IMG/VR virus record: IMGVR_UViG_3300025133_000081 | DNA: 20,000 nt | Reading direction: 5' to 3' (one strand) | DNA from: an uncultured virus (IMG/VR IMGVR_UViG_3300025133_000081) | Lineage: Duplodnaviria > Heunggongvirae > Uroviricota > Caudoviricetes > Crassvirales | Part shown: positions 16,864 to 20,000 of the stretch, piece by piece | Layout of the letters: the number at the start of each line of letters is the position of its first letter | How positions within the stretch are numbered: the first letter of the stretch is position 1 | Translations under genes and position numbers: made by a program | The notes under the pieces: model-generated | The model's database searches: none | The model's input: only the letters and a program-made list of their open reading frames with translations | Told to the model about the DNA's origin: nothing

Positions 16864-17867
16864 TGAAAGAGGGATACTTTGAACATCCTGCTGTAAGTAG
16901 AAGTTTATTAGTTGAGTTGAATAAGCATCCTAAGAATGTATTGAACCAAGAGAGCGAAAGCTCTCCTGGGGATGCATTCAGAATAGGAAATGCTTTCGAT
17001 GATCTAATGTATAATTATGATATGTGGGAAAAAATATATCATGTTTATACCAATACTCCTCCTACAGGTAAGATGAAAATATTAACTGATGAAGTTATAT
17101 ATCTTCGTAAAAATGATCCTTGGGCAACTGAAAAAGAAATCTTTGATAAAGCTTATATAGCTTCAGGTTATCAGTTGGATAAAGAGAAAATTGGAGATAA
17201 CTTCAGTAAGTTTGAATCATATGTTGAAGAACGTGTAGAGAATTCTGATAAGGTAGAAATATCTGAAAAGGAGTACTCACTCATGTTAAAGATGCGTAAT
17301 GGTATTATGTGTGATCCTAATTTAGCAAAATTCTTTATTGCAGAAAAGGATCATATGGAAGTAAAATTTCAACTACAATCTTATTGGAAAGAAGAGGTGT
17401 ATGTTGATGAAGGTAGTGTAGAAGTAGAATGTAAATGCATGCTAGATTCTGTACTAATAGATCATAAGAATAAATTCATTTATCCCTGTGATCTGAAGAC
17501 AACTGGTTTCAGTGTCTATTCTTTCCCTAAATCCTACTATAAATTCCAGTACTACTTGCAAGCAGGTATGTACACACAAGGAGTAAAAGAGTGGGCTAAA
17601 ACAGAAGGTTTAGGAGATTATCATGTAGATTCTTTTAAGTTCATTGTAGCTGAAAAGAATGCTTATAATCCTCCTTTAATGTATACTGTAAGTGAAAATG
17701 ATCTTCATAGATCCTTAACTGGATTTGTAAAACATGGTCGCTTTCATAAAGGATTTAAACAACTTCTGTCTGAATATGTTTGGCATAACAAACATGATCT
17801 TTGGGAACACCCTAAAGATGTGTACGATAATAAGCGAAATTTAATACTTGATTTAGATGAGTGTTAA
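16863..17867 (+). CDS. PD-(D/E)XK exonuclease (RecE/DUF3799-like)
   Basis: YF..PAVSRS start, AFRIGNAFD, CKCMLD, CDLKTT, YYLQAGMY, FKFIVAEK. Confidence 0.88.
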   Translation: MKEGYFEHPAVSRSLLVELNKHPKNVLNQESESSPGDAFRIGNAFDDLMYNYDMWEKIYHVYTNTPPTGKMKILTDEVIYLRKNDPWATEKEIFDKAYIASGYQLDKEKIGDNFSKFESYVEERVENSDKVEISEKEYSLMLKMRNGIMCDPNLAKFFIAEKDHMEVKFQLQSYWKEEVYVDEGSVEVECKCMLDSVLIDHKNKFIYPCDLKTTGFSVYSFPKSYYKFQYYLQAGMYTQGVKEWAKTEGLGDYHVDSFKFIVAEKNAYNPPLMYTVSENDLHRSLTGFVKHGRFHKGFKQLLSEYVWHNKHDLWEHPKDVYDNKRNLILDLDEC

Positions 17868-18615
17868 TGAGATACGTTCTCCTCTTAGGCTTACTAAACG
17901 TAATGCTATTTCTATGAGATACTATGCCAGTGATACTGCTGTAGATATACTAGATGGTGTTAAACTAGTGGGTCTGAAAGATGTAGGACATAAAATCGTT
18001 CCTGGAGCTATATTGCCTACTAGGGATGGTCCTTTTGTAGTTAATAAAGTTATGTTCCGAGGAAATGATGTATACGATCTTTCTTCAATGGAGACTTCAG
18101 ATGCTTCTATTTTTCTTATACCAATGATAGCTCCTACAAGAGCTGCATTGATGTGGGATATATATTATATGAATACTTTTATTTGGGATGAAGACGATCA
18201 AACGGCTTCTATTCGAATTCTTTTAAGATCAGGACCTACTGATAGATATAAGGAACTTGATACTAAATTAAAAGAACATCCTAATTTTCTAAGAATGGAA
18301 AAGAAAGATGATTTTACCAATATGTATATCTTTACAGTACCAGAAAAATGGGACGAAGACTTTCTAAAGATCATGAGAGGACAATATTCTCAGTTATCTG
18401 ATGAATATAAAATAAGAATAGTTGACTTTCATTCTATCAGAAAAAATCATGAAGTATATGGTATACTTTATAAGACTGGTAGACGAAGAAAGAAAGTTGA
18501 AGAGGTAATTGGACAGGATCTTATGGATCATGAAGAATTATATCATGTATTGAACAGTGATAGAGAAACCTATTATAATAAATATAAGGTTCCTGATAAC
18601 TGGGAAATGCTATAG
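17857..18615 (+). CDS. hypothetical phage protein (252 aa)
   Basis: Long ORF overlapping the nuclease gene; HPNF and RGQYSQLS segments; function unknown. Confidence 0.8.
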   Translation: MSVNEIRSPLRLTKRNAISMRYYASDTAVDILDGVKLVGLKDVGHKIVPGAILPTRDGPFVVNKVMFRGNDVYDLSSMETSDASIFLIPMIAPTRAALMWDIYYMNTFIWDEDDQTASIRILLRSGPTDRYKELDTKLKEHPNFLRMEKKDDFTNMYIFTVPEKWDEDFLKIMRGQYSQLSDEYKIRIVDFHSIRKNHEVYGILYKTGRRRKKVEEVIGQDLMDHEELYHVLNSDRETYYNKYKVPDNWEML

Positions 18616-18651
18616 CAATAAATTTTAATGTAAAATAAATAAAAGAAATTA

Positions 18652-18683
18652 TTAGGTAGTTTCATTTATTTTACATACTTTTA
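18652..18683 (+). promoter_or_regulatory. candidate Bacteroidota-type -33/-7 promoter
   Basis: TTAG (18652-18655), 20 nt spacer, TACTTTTA (18676-18683); one mismatch in each box against TTTG-N19-21-TAnnTTTG, in an intergenic gap. Confidence 0.4.
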
Positions 18684-18741
18684 CAAACTGATGATCACAA
18701 GATCATTACTAATTAATAATTAATATAATCCAGAATAGAAG

Positions 18742-19296
18742 ATGGAAGAAAAACGTAAACTAGTAGTTAAGCGACCAACTCTTGTAAATAGAGTTGCTAA
18801 TTGGGGTAGGATAGCAAACCTCCCTAAATTTAATATCCCTACAATACCTGATAACTTCATGCAAGGATCACATTTTGATCATATCACTGAAGAAGTTGAG
18901 GAGTTGCGAGCAGCAATGAATAGGGATGTACAACAGTTGTCTGAAATAGCAGACGCAGTAGGTGACATTATATGGGTCGCCTTAAGATTCGCAATGGTTC
19001 ATGGACTTGATATCAATTATGTATTCTCAAGAATATATGAAAGCAATATGTCCAAGTTCTGTCATACTGAACAAGAAGCTGAAGACACTGTTAAAGCTTA
19101 TGCCGATGGCACTCATCCAGCAAAAGAGGGTGAAAAGATTGAAACATATGCTGAATCTGTAGATGATGGTAGATACTTTGTTATTAAGAGAAAATCTGAT
19201 GAGAAAGTAATGAAATCCATTAACTTTACAGAACCAGATTTTGGTGAACTTACTGCTGAGACGGAAGTCGAAAAAGAAGTAGAGGTTACAGAGTAA
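18742..19296 (+). CDS. MazG-like / all-alpha NTP pyrophosphohydrolase
   Basis: EEVEEL...EIADAVGDI acidic metal-binding helices and SNMSK motif. Confidence 0.85.
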   Translation: MEEKRKLVVKRPTLVNRVANWGRIANLPKFNIPTIPDNFMQGSHFDHITEEVEELRAAMNRDVQQLSEIADAVGDIIWVALRFAMVHGLDINYVFSRIYESNMSKFCHTEQEAEDTVKAYADGTHPAKEGEKIETYAESVDDGRYFVIKRKSDEKVMKSINFTEPDFGELTAETEVEKEVEVTE

Positions 19297-19318
19297 ATTA
19301 TCTTAATAAAGATGATAG

Positions 19319-19348
19319 GTCAGGGGTGGAAACACTCCTGACTTTTTT
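19319..19348 (+). terminator. intrinsic terminator with GAAA tetraloop
   Basis: GTCAGGGGTG-GAAA-CACTCCTGAC (one G-U pair) followed by TTTTTT. Confidence 0.85.
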
Positions 19349-19365
19349 GTCTATACCTATTTATT

Positions 19366-20000
19366 ATGAAAGAAGAAAGAAGATCCGCATTGGATTACTT
19401 TAGAGGGGATGATATAGCAGCCGATAAATGGAAAGATAAATATGCTATGCCAGGAGAAATAAATCCTGATGATATGCATAAAAGAATGGCAAAGGAGTTT
19501 GCCAGGATAGAAAATAATTATATAAAGAAAGAAAAAGATGTCAATGGATTATCTAAATATGGTGACAGTAGGAGTTCTCTAACAGAGGATATCATACTTA
19601 ATTACTTTAAAGATTTTAAATATATAGTTCCTCAAGGAAGTATTATGTCAATGCTAGGAGTTGATAAGATAGGTTCATTATCTAATTGCTTTGTAGTAGG
19701 ACAACCTCATGACAGTTATGGAGGGATCTTAGAAAAAGATCAACAACTGGCACAACTGATGAAAAGACGTGGTGGTGTAGGTGTAGATATTTCTACTCTT
19801 AGACCGTCAGGAACTGCAGTTACAAACAGTGCGGGCACTTCTACTGGTGCTGTGAGCTTCATGGAGAGATTTTCAAATACGACCAGAGAAGTAGCACAGA
19901 ACGGTAGACGTGGCGCATTGATGATAACAATGGATTGTCGTCATCCTGACATATTTGATTTTGTTTCAATGAAGAAGGATAGAACAAAGGTTACAGGTGC
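19366..20000 (+). CDS. nrdJ: ribonucleotide reductase, probably class II (adenosylcobalamin-dependent), Bacteroidota-like; truncated by window edge
   Basis: Open from ATG 19366 to the end: YFRGDDIAADKWKDKY, IVPQGSIM, SLSNCFV, MKRRGGVGVDISTLRP, STGAVSFMERFSNTTREVAQNGRRGALM, HPD. Confidence 0.88.
   Translation, partial: MKEERRSALDYFRGDDIAADKWKDKYAMPGEINPDDMHKRMAKEFARIENNYIKKEKDVNGLSKYGDSRSSLTEDIILNYFKDFKYIVPQGSIMSMLGVDKIGSLSNCFVVGQPHDSYGGILEKDQQLAQLMKRRGGVGVDISTLRPSGTAVTNSAGTSTGAVSFMERFSNTTREVAQNGRRGALMITMDCRHPDIFDFVSMKKDRTKVTG

Noticed and set aside
18705..18730. TAATTAATAATTAATATAAT low-complexity repeat
   Set aside because: Short AT-only run expected in an AT-rich 5' UTR.
1..20000. Stop-codon reassignment as in some crAss-like phages
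   Set aside because: Conserved genes are full-length in the standard code, and TGA, TAA and TAG (e.g. 15474, 18615) all sit at sensible gene ends. Recoding elsewhere in the genome cannot be excluded.

Overview
AT-rich, gene-dense, all plus-strand phage DNA. Gene content and order point to the replication/recombination module of a crAss-like (Crassvirales-type) phage of a Bacteroidota host: hypothetical early genes, family A DNA polymerase, YopX-like protein, SF2 helicase, HTH initiator-like protein, DnaB helicase, AAA_24/Sak4-like ATPase, SSB, primase, Holliday-junction resolvase, PD-(D/E)XK exonuclease, MazG-like NTP pyrophosphohydrolase and the start of a class II ribonucleotide reductase. 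Two things stand out. (1) Inside the replication module is a compact, apparently complete ubiquitin-like conjugation operon (12854-16863): a Ubl candidate ending ...KAG-DKK, an E2-like protein with HxH...CLG, a JAB/MPN+ peptidase, a ThiF/E1 enzyme with a candidate catalytic Cys, and an unknown coupled gene. (2) Directly upstream of polA is a tandem array of seven divergent small ORFs (3593-4910), two missing from the ORF track, that share a [IVL][YF]xD[TN][YMF]-like motif, all end in xKR-stop, and are joined by a conserved junction sequence. GATC also looks over-represented. All assignments come from motif recognition by eye; no database searches were run.
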